Source of the DNA: Camelus dromedarius | Lineage: Eukaryota | Length of the DNA stretch: 64,000 bases | Reading direction: 5' to 3' | Assembly (NCBI RefSeq): GCF_036321535.1 | Contig: NC_087437.1 | Location: forward strand, 112,718,001 to 112,782,000 | Shown here: positions 63,231 through 64,000 of the stretch, one piece after another | How positions within the stretch are numbered: the first letter of the stretch is position 1 | Layout: every line of letters begins with the position of its first letter | Notes under the pieces: generated by a model | Database searches by the model: none | Seen by the model: the letters and a program-made list of their open reading frames with translations, nothing else | Told to the model about the DNA's origin: nothing | Position numbers and translations under genes: made by a program

Positions 63231-63631
63231 CAACTTCAGCAAGTCAGCAAGATCAAAGGGCCCAGCCACCTCATCCTTTCCCATTCATGACCACAGAAGA
63301 TGAGAAACCCACTTCAGTAAACTACTTAGTATGGTATTTACAGAATAACTCAAACCTGTAGTAGACTGCAAACCAGTATTTCCCAACACATTTTGACCCA
63401 ATCTACAGTCCTTATGAATAATTGCTGGTTAAGGAAGCACTAAGAAGACACATGCTGGTCCTTCCAAAGCAGTTCACAGAAACTGGTATAAATGAAGCAA
63501 ACCCCCGAATGACAAGCCACCTTCCCAATTTCTTGATTTTAGCCTGCTTTTTTTTTTTTTTTTTTTTGGTTCTGCGAAATGTGACACATGGAATGTCAAG
63601 GCAAATGCAGCACCAACAGCTTATTACTTAC

Positions 63632-63744
63632 AGACGCAGTGGTAACCATGCAAGGTACTTCTCCGCGGTGGACGCTCATCATGGTGGAGAAGGCAGAAAT
63701 GACGCCAGGGGTGTTGCTCAAGCGACCATTCTCAGCAAGCAAGT
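63632..63744 (-). CDS. ATP5PO: ATP5PO third-from-last coding exon; upstream exons lie beyond the window
   Basis: Minus strand tttcccag|AC acceptor, TCT|gtaagt donor. 113 nt, phase 1>0. (N)[37 protein letters not shown]. Confidence 0.95.
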
Positions 63745-64000
63745 CTGGGAAAGTAAAGATATCTCACTTATGTCAGGTTATTCATGAAATATTATATTCA
63801 CCTCAAAAGCAAACTTAGATTTGTGGCTTTAAAATACTATATTCAATGTATTTTAAGAATGTGAATGGAGAAGATCCAACTTGTTATTTAAAAAGTATAT
63901 TCAATGTTAAAAAAAAAAAAGAGAGACTGTGCTGACAAGCATTTAAATTTGTAAGGGGGTGTGTGTCACACAAATCTGGAACAGATTTCTTGATCACAGC

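Overview
Mammalian genomic DNA, not prokaryotic, so the six-frame ORF track is mostly noise. The species is probably a camelid, judged from four copies of a tRNA-derived vic-1-like SINE. The + strand carries the 3' part of intersectin 1 (ITSN1). I traced 14 coding exons with GT-AG boundaries and consistent phases, covering SH3D, SH3E, DH, PH and C2 and ending ...DLQLFDEP* at 46611. There is also the alternative terminal exon of the short isoform (acceptor at 7100-7101), where the stop codon T|GA is created by splicing. A probable ~10 kb 3'UTR of the long isoform follows the last coding exon. On the - strand, tail-to-tail with ITSN1, lie the last three coding exons of ATP5PO (OSCP). Introns contain ordinary mammalian repeats (MIR, L1, MLT1, MER5/MER20/MER45/Tigger types, microsatellites). 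I found no new gene system. The most interesting signals are regulatory or evolutionary: three candidate acceptors that each terminate the short isoform, a YCAY cluster at that acceptor, miRNA sites split by tandem poly(A) signals, a GC3 ~95% exon suggestive of GC-biased gene conversion, a V>G change in the DH domain, and two CTCF-like motifs flanking the long-isoform exons. Comparisons with human protein, exon numbering and repeat consensus names are from memory and need checking.
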